The notes under the pieces are model-generated. The model did not search any database. It worked only from the letters and a program-made list of their open reading frames with translations, and was not told the DNA's origin. DNA of 60,000 nt. Origin: Lama glama. Lineage: Eukaryota. Position numbers and translations under genes: made by a program. Below are positions 25,925 through 37,200 of this stretch, in pieces. The DNA lies in NCBI GenBank assembly GCA_028534125.1, contig CM052816.1, positions 65,846,001-65,906,000 of the forward strand. Direction: 5' to 3'. The first letter of the stretch is position 1, and every line of letters begins with the position of its first letter.

Positions 25925-27125
25925 CCCCCAGCTTTACTGAGGTATAATTGAAAAGTTACATTGGATATATTTAAAGTGTACAGTGTGATGATTTAACATT
26001 TGTGTACATTGTGAAGAGATTACCACAATTGGATTAATGAACACATCCATCACCTTACTTAGTTACCATTTTTGTGGTGAGAATGCTCTTTTGGGAAACT
26101 GCAAGTGTACAGTACAGTACTGACTAGTCACTATGCTGTATGTTGGACCCACCAGACTTGCTCTTCTTGTAGCTGAAGGCTTGTACACTTTGACCAGTCT
26201 CTCTCACTCTCCCCTCCCACCCATATTACCGTTCTATGCTCTGTTTCTATGAGTTTGACTTTTTTTTCTTTTAGATTCCACATATAAATGAGATCATACA
26301 GTGTTTGTCGTTCTCTCTCTGACTTATTTCACTTAGCATAATACCCTCTAGGTTCATCTATGTTTCCACAAATGGCAGGACTTTCTTCTTTCTCATGGAT
26401 GAGTAATATTTATTTTATGTATCTATATAATATATGTCATATTATATCAATATATATACACACACATATATATATATATACATATCATCTTTATCTACTC
26501 ATCCATTTGGGGACACTTAGGTTGTTTCCTTATCTTGGCTGTTGTGAATAATGCTGCAGTGAATATGGGAGTGCAGATATCTCTTTGAGATACTGTTTTT
26601 TCCTTTGGATGAATGCCCAGAAGTGGAATTGCTAAATTAAATGATAGTTCTATTTTTAATTTTTTGAGGAACTCCATTTTGTTTTCCATAATGGCTGCAC
26701 CATTTTACATTTCTACCAGCAGTGCACAAGGGTTCCATTTCTTCACATCTTTGCTAGCATTTGTTATCTCTTGTCTTTTTAGTTAAAAAAAAAATCCTAG
26801 TAGGTATGAAGTACAATCTCATTGTGATTTTGATTTGCATTTCCCTAATGATTAATAATGTTCAGCATCTTCTTAATGTACCTGTTAGCCATTTGTTTGT
26901 CTTCTTTGGGAAGATGTCTGCTCAAGTCCTTAACCCATTTTTTAATTGTATTACTTGGGTTCTTTTGCTATTAAATTGTATGAGTTTCATGTATATTTTA
27001 GATATTGATGCCGTAACAGATATATGGTTGGTAAATATCTTCTTGCTTTCCATGGTTGCGTTTTCATTCATCAATATTATGATTTATAAGAAATATATAT
27101 TTGGTCCTTCAGATGACTGAAGTAA

Positions 27126-27171
<46 letters not shown>

Positions 27172-27974
27172 TTTTCCACTGGTTTCTAGTTCACCCTTGG
27201 AATTTTCTGTGATAAGAGCCATAAAGATGTCTTTTGCTGTGTTAATGGAATAACTTTTGGAAAGCCCCTAGGTAACTTAATGATGGGGACTGGTTGCTAG
27301 GGGAACCAAACAATTGTTTTGAGGGCTGGAACTTTCAGTCCCACATGGACCTGGGGGTGGGGTGGGAAAGTGGGGCTCAAGGTTGAATCAGTTCTCAAAG
27401 GCCAATGATTTAATTAACTGTGCTTATAATGAAGAAGCCTCCATAAAAACTGGAAAGGATAGGTTTCAAAGAGCTTCAGAGTTGGTGAATGTGGGGAGAG
27501 GTGGGCAGAGTGGTGAGCTAGGAGGGAGTGTGGAAACTTCGTGCCCCTTTCCCAGACCTTGCCCTGTGCATCTTTTCCATCTGGCTGTTCCTTTTGTAAT
27601 AGACTGGCAATCTAGTGAGTAAATGAGTTTCCTAAATTCTGTGAGCCACTCTAGCAAATTAATCAAATCCAAGGAGGGGGTCCTGGGAACCTCTTATTGA
27701 TAGCCAGTTTTTCAGAAGCACAACCAGGGCTTGCAGCTGACAGCTGTAGGAAGGGCAGAAGGCAGTCTTGTGGGACTGAGCCCTTAACCTGTGGAATCTG
27801 ATATTATCTTTAGGTAAATGGTGTCAGTATTGAATTGAATTCTCAGACACCCTGGTGTCCAAGAATTGCTTGTTGATATGGGAAAGCCCTCTACACACAT
27901 TGCAATTACATGCAGAACCCAAAAGAATTTAGTTGAATGGCTTCCTTTGCTGTGCAGCTTTTTGGCTTGATGTA
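25925..27974 (-). mobile_element. L1MA-like element, non-inverted 3' part, interrupted by an LTR at ~27070-27930
   Basis: 3'UTR plus ORF2 C-terminus (ORF 26495-26689, FLKKLKIEL...AIPLLGIHPKE...ICTPIFTAALFT). Breaks at ~27068 and resumes colinearly at ~27930 (GGCTTCCTTTGCTGTGCAG...TTGATGTA). Confidence 0.88.
27070..27930 (+). mobile_element. Solo LTR, MER21-like (ERVL), containing a (TA)n tract at 27131-27167
   Basis: ATAAGAAATATATATTTGGTC...CCCTTGGAATTT...GAGGGCTGGAACTTTCAG...GTGTCAGTATTGAATTGAATT..CAGACACCC resembles MER21 as recalled. Confidence 0.8.
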
Positions 27975-28541
27975 AAGGTTCAGTGCAATACTGATCAATA
28001 TTCCAATGACATTTTTCACAGAGATTAAAAAAGACAATCCTAAAATTCATATGGAGCCACAAAAGTGCATGAATAGCCAAAGCAAATCTGAGAAAGAAGG
28101 ACAAAGCTGGAGACATCACACTTCCTGATTTCAAACTATATTGCAAAGCTATAGTAATCAAAACAGTATGATACTGACATAAAAACAGACCCATAAATCA
28201 ATGGAACAGAATAGAGCCCATAAATAAACCCATACATATATGGTCAATTAATCAACAAAGGAGCCAAGAACATACATTGGGGAAAGGGTAATCTCTTTAA
28301 TAAATGGTGTTGGGAAAACTGGATAACCACATGCAAAAGAATGAAACTGGAACCCCTGTCTTAAACCATTCATTAAAATTTACTCAAAATGGATTAAAAA
28401 CTTAAATATAAGACCTGAAACTGTAAACTTCCTAGAAGAAAATAAGGAAAAAATGACATTGGTCTTGGCAATAGTTTTTTAGATATGACACCAAAAGCAC
28501 AGGCAACAAAAGCAAAATTAAACAACTGGGTTTACATCAAA
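27975..28541 (+). mobile_element. L1 ORF2 segment, inverted 5' portion of the adjacent L1
   Basis: TTCAGTGCAAT...ACTTCCTGATTTCAAACTATATTGCAAAGCTATAGTAATCAAAACAGTATG...CAATGGAACAGAATAGAG...GACACCAAAAGCACAGGCAACAAAAGC...TACATCAAA ([15 protein letters not shown]...QWNRIE...TPKAQATK). Confidence 0.9.
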
Positions 28542-29324
28542 ATTATGATCTTTATTGTTCTAACCTGACATTTTATAAAAGGCAGGAAACCTGAAGGTCA
28601 GAAGCCTTCAAAATATAGTAATATTTTGCTCAGAAGTTAAGGAATTTAGCTCCAAGGAGGTTTATGCTTATAGAAAATCCTTGAATCCAGTTGTATACTT
28701 AATGAGTGTATTGAGATAAGAGAAACAGCTCTAAATCTGCTCCAAATTCCCCTCCAGATAAGGGAAATACCACATTATTCCTCAGTAACATGGAAATGCT
28801 ATGAGAGTTCAAAGTGTCTTGCTCTTATTAATAATATTAGAGTACAATGTAGAATGCCAGGAAACTGTAAAAAAAAAAAAAGAGAGAGAAAGAAAGAAAA
28901 AAAAACAAACCCTGCAGCTCCATGGTCATTTTTTCCTAAAAAGTTATTTGACATTTATGCAGTCCTGAATTTAAGCACATTTGACAGGCCTGCATATTTT
29001 GTTAGATCAGAGCGTGGCTTTCAAAAATCTGCCCATGACAGATCAGGAAGTGTAGAGTATCTACTGTAATCTGAAAATAAGAGTTTATTCAGAGGACAGG
29101 AGATTTGAAGGTATTTCAAAGTGATAATATCGGATAAAACTTGAATTCCATAGTAAAAGCATTCCTTAATATTTCATTCAGTTGGTTCCTGTTACTGGTT
29201 TATGTTTAATTCTTGGTTTTTGATAAGTATCACTAGTCCCACAAGTCGTGCTCACCACTGAATGATAAGGGGGGTTGTTATGTTTTAGGATGCCCCCAGT
29301 CTACTTGCATACAATTGATGCTTT

Positions 29325-29625
29325 CCATATGAGTGTTGCCTGTATTGCTTCGTGGCCACCATTAGTATGGGAGAGATTTTAGGTGATATTTGGACCCCTT
29401 TTTTTTCTATTAATACTTGTATGTTGGGGGAAAATGTAACCAGCATATCAAACCCATTTATCAAATAAATATAAGGTGTCTTTTAAATTTATGTCATTTA
29501 AGTTACAGAAAAAAAGTGAGTCAATGAAGAAAAATACCAAGTAAGTAATGGTACAGATTGGATGCCAATATGGCAAAACTAGTGGAGTTGTGTCCCAAAA
29601 GACTGAAGTTTAGGAAACATCATAC
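29325..29625. mobile_element. Probable hAT-Charlie MER remnant
   Basis: End ...ATATGGCAAAACTAGTGGAG...GACTGAAGTTTAGGAAACATC resembles hAT-Charlie non-autonomous termini. Confidence 0.4.
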
Positions 29626-31819
29626 TACACAGTGGTTTGATTTAACCCAGTTGATACAGTTGGATGGACCAATGAACTTACACATCTGTGGTACAGTCCT
29701 TTGAAGTGTTGTGGTGACAGCAGTCAAACAGATGTCTGTACAACACTGTGTAATTCAATACATCAGGGAAATGTTAGAAATCATAGCAACTTCTAGATCA
29801 AATGCAATTTCTCTAAAGCCCTGCAGATAAGGGCCAGGTAATTCCTAAAGTCCAGTTTCTCCAGGTTGAGGCATCCTCATTAGCGATCATGGACACCATC
29901 ATATATTTGTATGATAACAGCGGGGGGTGGGGGGTAGTGTCATACCTCTCCATTCTGAGAAGCTTTTCAGAGGAAAAAATATGCAACACTCAGCTTATAA
30001 AGCATTATTGCAGAAATTTTCCTGTGAAAATTACCTTAGAATGAAGAAAACACTGTAATATTGAACAAGTACTAATAGGGTTTTTAAAAACTATTATCAT
30101 TTTGTCATCTTACATGTTAGGGGTAGAAGCAGAAATACGAATGTAAATCTCAGTGGCCTGGTAGTGCTGTTCATCTCTCTTCTGTGATGGCAACCTCAGG
30201 GTACCAGTCCAGGAGCCTTGAGTATTCTGGTGAGTTGCGTATGTTGTCAGATTCCCCACTTCAAGTTGTTTTCTTTGGGGACAAAAATGATGTATTAGTC
30301 ACTATGGGACTGTTGTATAGCGTTTAGGAGATACCCAACACATGGGCTAGGATTTTCAGAGACAGATTCTTGGAATATGTGTAACATGAGCAGCACACAG
30401 GGCAGTGCTAATCTAGAGGTTAAAGACGTGTTTGTGATGGGAAGGGCATGGCAGTGAGCGACATAATCTCACTGGGACAGATTTGCCTTCTGGGGGATGG
30501 TAGAACACAGGACCGATTCTTTCAGGAGAATTTAACACACAACATTCCAACATTACAGTTTGCAATCACGATCATTTTCTTTCTAAAATGGCAACCAGAA
30601 GATATTTGCTAGACCATACATGGAAGAGGACAGAGCTTCAAATAAACAATAGCAGTTGGTTACTTTACTCAATTTGAGTATTTTTTTGTCCCACATTAAA
30701 ATTCCAAGAAAAAAGGTAAAGCTCTTTTTGTAAGCCCCCTCCCTCCAAAACATGAGTAGTGGTCTCTCCAACTTTCGATTTTCTAAAAACATGTGTTTGG
30801 TTAACCTGCTTTTAAGTGGCAGGAATATATTTAACATGGGACAGAGCCAAGAATATGTGAATGTCCACGAACAGTCATGAGAAAACTGAACCGCTTAAGC
30901 AGATAAGTATATGGCAAACAATTGATTGGCATTTACCTTGAGAGGCCTGTGGGTCACTAAGAGGAGACTAAATCATAAATGCACCTTGAAGTGTGACCAG
31001 GGGAGGAGCTGAAGTGTTTGTTGTAATAAGCAGCCAGAGCTCTGGCGAGATGCCTTACTACATTAATTTTCCAAGTCCTTTGGGTGGGTCACAATTGCAC
31101 TTTAACATCCTGCCTGCAAATGCTAAATAAATACCACTTTCACGTCAGACTAGAGAACCAACGTACTCACTAATGTCATTTAAGGAATCAGAATGCTGAA
31201 ATTATTTTCATTTGATAATTTACGTGTGAAATAACTGAAGTTGACACACCCAGATGAAAGTCTAGCCTTGGTGCAAATGTTCAGAAGGATAGGCAAAGGA
31301 GGTCATTCTCTTAGAAGCAATTCGGATCAGTTTAGACTATGCCTACTACAAGAGAACAGTTTTTATTTCAGATGCAGGAAATGAGGCAGGGATTGCTCTT
31401 CACAATAAGGAGAGATGTTGAGGTGGTTTGATATAAGCTTCATTCCTTACTGAAGAGCTGTTAGGAGTTTGCAAACCCAGAGTCTTCATGTATAGAAACC
31501 AGTGGAATTTGCATATGATTTTCAAAAAAAAAAATAAGGTTTAGAAAATGTTGTGCAAGGGAACGGCCTCAGTTCGTGTAGCCACTTGTCCAGCAACAAT
31601 ACATTAGATTTTTCAGTTAAACATTGAAGCAGTACCTGATGCAATTATGCCTGCTACATTCTGTTGAATTTTTAAGAGGCAGTTTGCGTCTCTACAAACA
31701 TCCCCAAAGCGTAACATTTCATTAAATATGCTCAAAATGAACTGCTGCTAAGTCCCCAAGTCCTCTCAACTTTGCTTTGAACTAGAAATTTTAGTTCTCA
31801 GTGTAGTACTTGGAGAAAA

Positions 31820-32856
31820 TGATTCTTTCTTTCTTTTCTTTCTTTCTTTCTTTTTTTTTTTTTTTTTGAGGGAAGATAAACAAGTCTATGGCAAAGGGGT
31901 GTGTTCCTTATAAAGGTGCCCAGGGACACTTACCCTGAATAACATAGACACCTCATTTCCCAGAGGAGGAAATGGTTTTGTAAGTTTCGAGATGTCTTCT
32001 GTCTGCTTGGCTGGTTTACACTCCTGGTCTCTGGCTGGAGTCAGCTCCTAAGCTTTGTAAGTTTCAGCAATTGACTAGATCGGCTGGGTGCCTGTTTTTT
32101 TTTTTTGTTTTTTTTTTCCTCTCTCACTTCCCTGCTATGTTTTGAACTGCCTTCCTACGGACGGACGTCATACAGCCCTTGAAGAATAGTTTCTGCCTGG
32201 TGAGATTCAATGATAGTTCTCATTCACAGAGGCTTGGAGTCAGATTCTAAGCAGGGGACACAACGGAAATTACATTCACAGGTATAGCAGTGGGCCCAAC
32301 CCAAGTGTAGAGAGCTTTGTTCCTTCCCTGACTTCTTGGCTCCCCGGAGAAGAGTGTTTTCCTGTGGTCGCCCTGAAATGGAACTTCCCTGACAGCTCTC
32401 CGGTGTTACAGCACCTCGCGGTCTTTTTCCGTTTCCTTTCTGTCTACCTGAGCACTTTTAGAGTGTCAGAACCCTTTAAGCCTGTTACTACGGAATTGCA
32501 GAAAAGATGAGATCAAGCAACTCTTTCACTGTGTTGGTTGCCCTTGTGACCAGTGAAGAATAGATTCAAAATCCAGTTCCTCCCTTGGCAATGCAAAACA
32601 GAAAACAAACTGTCACTTCCGAACTGCCTAATGCTGGAGTAAATTCAGTATGAAAGAGGAAAACGTTCCTGTGTCTTAGAAGTTTCCCTCTGTGCTGGAC
32701 TGGGGACAGGAGTTGGACTCTGGGAAATTTGGATTTCTTCAAGCAGCCTCCCTTGGAAATGGAATATATTTCAAGCCATCTTTGTAGAAACACAGCTGAA
32801 ATGTATTAATCAAAATACTAGAAGATTTTTTTTCTTTTTCTTTTTTTCCCCCCAAA
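31820..32856 (+). promoter_or_regulatory. PDE4D: Putative PDE4D9 promoter and 5' leader
   Basis: Repeat-free sequence upstream of the exon: poly-pyrimidine tract ~31823-31867, GGGGTGTG (KLF/CACCC-type) 31896-31903, TATAAA 31909-31914, GGACGTCA 32163-32170, GGAACTTCCC 32380-32389, locally raised CpG. The TSS cannot be determined from sequence. Confidence 0.6.
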
Positions 32857-32921
32857 ATGAGCATTATTATGAAGCCAAGATCCCGGTCTACAAGTTCCCT
32901 GAGGACTTCAGAGGGAGTGTG
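32857..32921 (+). CDS. PDE4D: PDE4D9 isoform-specific first coding exon, MSIIMKPRSRSTSSLRTSEGV(C)
   Basis: ATG at 32857 (AAAATGA, A at -3), 21 codons plus TG, then donor GTAATG at 32922. The peptide matches my recollection of the human PDE4D9 N-terminus (MSIIMKPRSRSTSSLRTAEAVC-FDVDNG). Phase 2 fits splicing into the common long-form exon. Too short for the ORF track. Confidence 0.92.
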
Positions 32922-35900
32922 GTAATGTGCTTTTCTCTCTTGCTTCTCCCTTTCTTTCCTTTTAAAATTGACGTAATACTGGAGTATTTAGTAATTGCTG
33001 ACAAGGTTCAAGTGTTAGGTGTGATGTTTGGGCTTTGTGAAAAAGCACAGTGTTAATGACACTTTTATTCTCTATTTTGTGCCTGATTTTGTCTCCTCTA
33101 AAAACAGGGGTGCTCACACTTTTTTTTTTAACTCCAAGTGGACTATGGCGATTCATCTGGTGACAATTTTTAGAAGAGGAAACTTGCAAATATGTTGGGA
33201 GTTTAGAAAATGAAAACTTATCATTTTTCACCGTCTGATTTGGTTGCTTGTTTTCTTATCTTTCTTTCCTGGTGCAAGCAGACTGGTAGTTGGCAGTCTT
33301 TGCCGTGGTCTTTAGAAGTAGTACCTTGGCTTTTAGCACAGATGTGTCAGAGAAATTGATAATGTTGTAGATATTAATCATACGAACCAGCTTGAATTTA
33401 ACTATATGGCTAAATGTGTATCAGATGGCTTATCATCCAAGAATCTCCTGTGCTTTATTTTGTTACTGTAATGTCCCCTGATAATTACATTTTTTGATAA
33501 TTTTACTATTTTTATCCTAATGAAAAGTATGTTAATTTCAATATATTCTAATATTTAATTCTATTTCTTCAGTATTGTTTGATATGCTCATAGGCATATG
33601 GTCCCTAAGGAGTATTTTCTCAATAAAGTAACTTTTGTGTCTAAAATAGTTATTTACAAAATATTTTTTGGCTGTTTCAGAAGTTAACTTTATTTTATCT
33701 TAGTGATTGTAAATAACTAAGCTCACCTCTTTGGAGTGGAAATAATCCTTTTTCAGACAGGAGAAATAAAAGCAATGATTGAAGGTAGCTATAGGGGATA
33801 AGATGGAAGCAGGCAGGCATAATATATCGTGTATAATAATCTAAGCAGGCAAACACACGGATAAATACTCACGTTATTTGCATAAGGAATTCAGCCCACA
33901 TTTAGTGGTGGGGCTGTCATTTGCTGTTACTGTACTAGTGTTTTATAGGAGACTAGAATTGTCCTTTCAGTGGTATTTCTGTGAGTTTCGATAAAGTATA
34001 GATGCACCTCTCATCTCTGACATCAGTTGTGATTTTTTGTGATAAAAGAATACATGCAATAAATTCTTCCTTGAGTTTATTTAAAGAAAAGATTGAATCT
34101 CCAAATAAATTTTGAGGCTATTTTATGCCAAATAATAAATACTGGGAAATAAGTAGAATCCTTTTTATTAATTACCATAGCTAGTATAAATCTTTAATGT
34201 AAATGGGTAGTCAGAATTTATAAAATGAGAGAATTTTATTTACTTGTGATTTCTGTCCTGCCTACGTGGAAGAAGGCTCTTAAGTAAATAATATTTAACT
34301 AGCCTATTTCCCTTTTTGCCTAAAATTCTGCAGGACTTATTTCCAAATTCAGGGTTCAATCAGCAACAATTAGTTCATTTCTGGAGAATAGTAACATTGA
34401 CATCCTTTACTCCTCTGAGATTGTTACAGTCTATTTTTATCCACAACTATTCTATTTTATTATTCTTAATTATATAAGGTATTTTCATAAATAAATAGGG
34501 CCAAAATTCAAAATATATTTTTAAAGTGTTGATTTATGATTGTGTATATTGTTCCACTTGATTTTAACTATTTTGCATAGTGTTTGGGTCAGAATGGTGT
34601 TTATATGAGAGATAAATGTCTCCACGCTAATGATTCCTAACAGCACACTACGGAAACCTTCCCAGTTATTAATCTTACATCTGACTTATTAATAATACAA
34701 CTGTTTGGGTGCATCACTGCTGCCTTTAAATCATTTGACCTAAGGTTGTAATTGCTGTAATTACAGTTTAACAGTTTTCTTATCCCGTTTATCGTTCAAA
34801 TGCTATACATACATTTATTTATTTATATCTATATATAGTAGAATCTATATAGATTATAGATAAGGTATATGGAGGAAATATACCTGTGTATCTGTATACA
34901 TATAGATGCACACACATATGTATGTTTACTTGGTTACCAAAAAAAGCAGCCCCTTCTCTCCCTGTACGTCTACACGTACATGCCCCAGAGAGTTCTGTGG
35001 GACAGTGTCCTCTCACCAGCTTTTCTGTTCTAACTTCCCACCCCAATCCTGATTCCTTTTCAAAAGTGAAAACCTACTCCATCCTCTTAACAGCTGACTT
35101 CCACTTGAGAGACCGAATAAATATTCCTTTTTCAGATGATTTTATTTCATTCTGCGCTTGAGAATACTTTGTTTTTGGAGAACCATCTTTTGCCTTTACC
35201 ATCTTAATTCTGCTTATGTAAATCTATTTTCTGTTCCATTGGCCCATTTTCTCTAAAACTCTGTATTTTCCCCTTGGATGCCTCCAAACTAAATGCTACC
35301 TTTGCAAGTTTGCTAACTGCCTTTTGCAAGAATCCAATGCTTCAAATTACTTTTCCCTGTTTCTCTCCAGCCAGTACCATAAAAAGCAGTTCACATTAAC
35401 TTGTAGTTTACAGCCCTGATTAAATCCCTATGAGATAGTCCCATTTTAAAAAGAAATTTCATGGCATATTCCTAATGAATGATATTATATACCTTTCCTC
35501 TTAATTCATCTCCTTAAAAAACAAGTTTTATTTATAGTTAAAATAATATGAATTTCAAAAAATTAAATAAAAATAATCTTGAAATTAATGTTTCCTTGTA
35601 ATATAGGTGTCACAAATTTAAAATATTATATAATAAGTATAAATACTAGGTTACTTTTATCTATTCAGAAGATACTTACTGAGTAACTACTATGTGCCAG
35701 GTTCTATCAGAATGTGACTATGCTATTCATCCTTTAGCATTCTTTTAAAAATCTGCATGAAATTGATATATGTGTTTTCTTATGTTACAAAGATAATAAA
35801 ATTAGCAAACTCATTGATTCAGGAATCCTGTGCCTTTCTATTTCAGTCATTTCAGTAAAGAAACTCTACCTTTAAATTCTAAATTGAGAAAACAATGAAG

Positions 35901-36944
35901 CACTTACATTAACATAAATATTTTAATTTTACATGTCTTAAATTTAGATTTACTCAGTAATTATACATTACAATAAAATTATAACCCTATAGCATTTTAC
36001 CATTTACAAACATATCCCAGTGGTATGTCTCATTAATCTAACCAAGATTTCTGTAATTCAGTTTAAGTAAAAAATAATTAGCCTTCTAAATGTAAATATA
36101 AAGAGAACTGTGGTCAATAAAACTGGACTTCGTTCTTTTCTACTGCCAGACATTCATTATTTGACATATACTTGTGATATTTAAGATTGTTCACTATGTA
36201 ATCCGGGGGAAAAAGGAGATGCTACTGTCTAAAATATGACTGGGTTTTTTCTAAAGCAAATTTTGAAGCAGATTATTAAATACGTAAAAATTGCACTTAG
36301 GTTTATAGACATAGGAAAAAAGTCTGGAGGGCTCTGTCCCAAGCTTGGTAGTATTTTTACCTTTTAGGGTAAAAATGGCAGGAATAGCAGTAGAGAGATT
36401 TTCTCTCTTCTTGTCACTGTACTATATCAAATGAACTTTTTCATCGAGCAAGTATTATACATGAAATTTTAAATGTTTAAAAAATATAATTACAATTTGC
36501 CTAAGCAAGCTCATCTTTATATGTGTAGATACCTGTTTACCTGGTAAACAGAAATTTGCTCAGTGTCCAAAATATGGCCAATAGCATTTCAATACTGAAC
36601 AGGTATGATTTTCTGAATAACATTGCTTCTCATATCAATAAACGATTTCTTTTTTCCATTAACTCTCTCCTCCTAAGGTTATAAAAGTTGAGGCTGGCTG
36701 AGAATTCTTCTTTTGGCCTCATGATCACAGTAAAAATATTTGAGCAGACTACTAGTTTTATAATGAAATATAAAACAATATGTAACAACAGTCATATTTT
36801 GGAGGAAAAATTGCGTATAACTCCCAATAATCCCATCCTCAGCTATTCTCATTTTTTTACCTAACATGTCTGAAACGGCCCTCAATACTAGTTCTGTGCG
36901 CTGCAGCTTCATTTACATGTCAGCATTTCTCTACTTTTCCAGTA

Positions 36945-37200
36945 ATAATACTTGTGGCTTTCATTCTATTGAGTATCTTTTATGAATGAGAACTCTCTGG
37001 AGAATTTTACATACAGTATCTTGTTTAGTTCTTATGACAACAATGAAGGGAAGGAGTTGTTCACAGGTTACAGAAGAGGCAACGAACCTAAGAGATGAAG
37101 TAACTTGAACAAAGCCCTTTGGCCGCCAGGGAGGGCCAGGATCTGATCCCACGTCGGTCTGCTCCAAGGACAGTACTCTTCTTACTTCCGCATATTGCTT
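36945..37200 (-). mobile_element. MIR SINE
   Basis: CTATTGAGTATC...TTACAGAAGAGGCAACGAACCTAAGAGATGAAGTAACTTG.ACAAAG...GGGCCAGGATCTGATCCCA. Confidence 0.7.

Noticed and set aside
31906..31916. CArG box overlapping the TATA (CCTTATAAAGG)
   Set aside because: It has seven A/T bases between CC and GG, so it does not fit CC(A/T)6GG.
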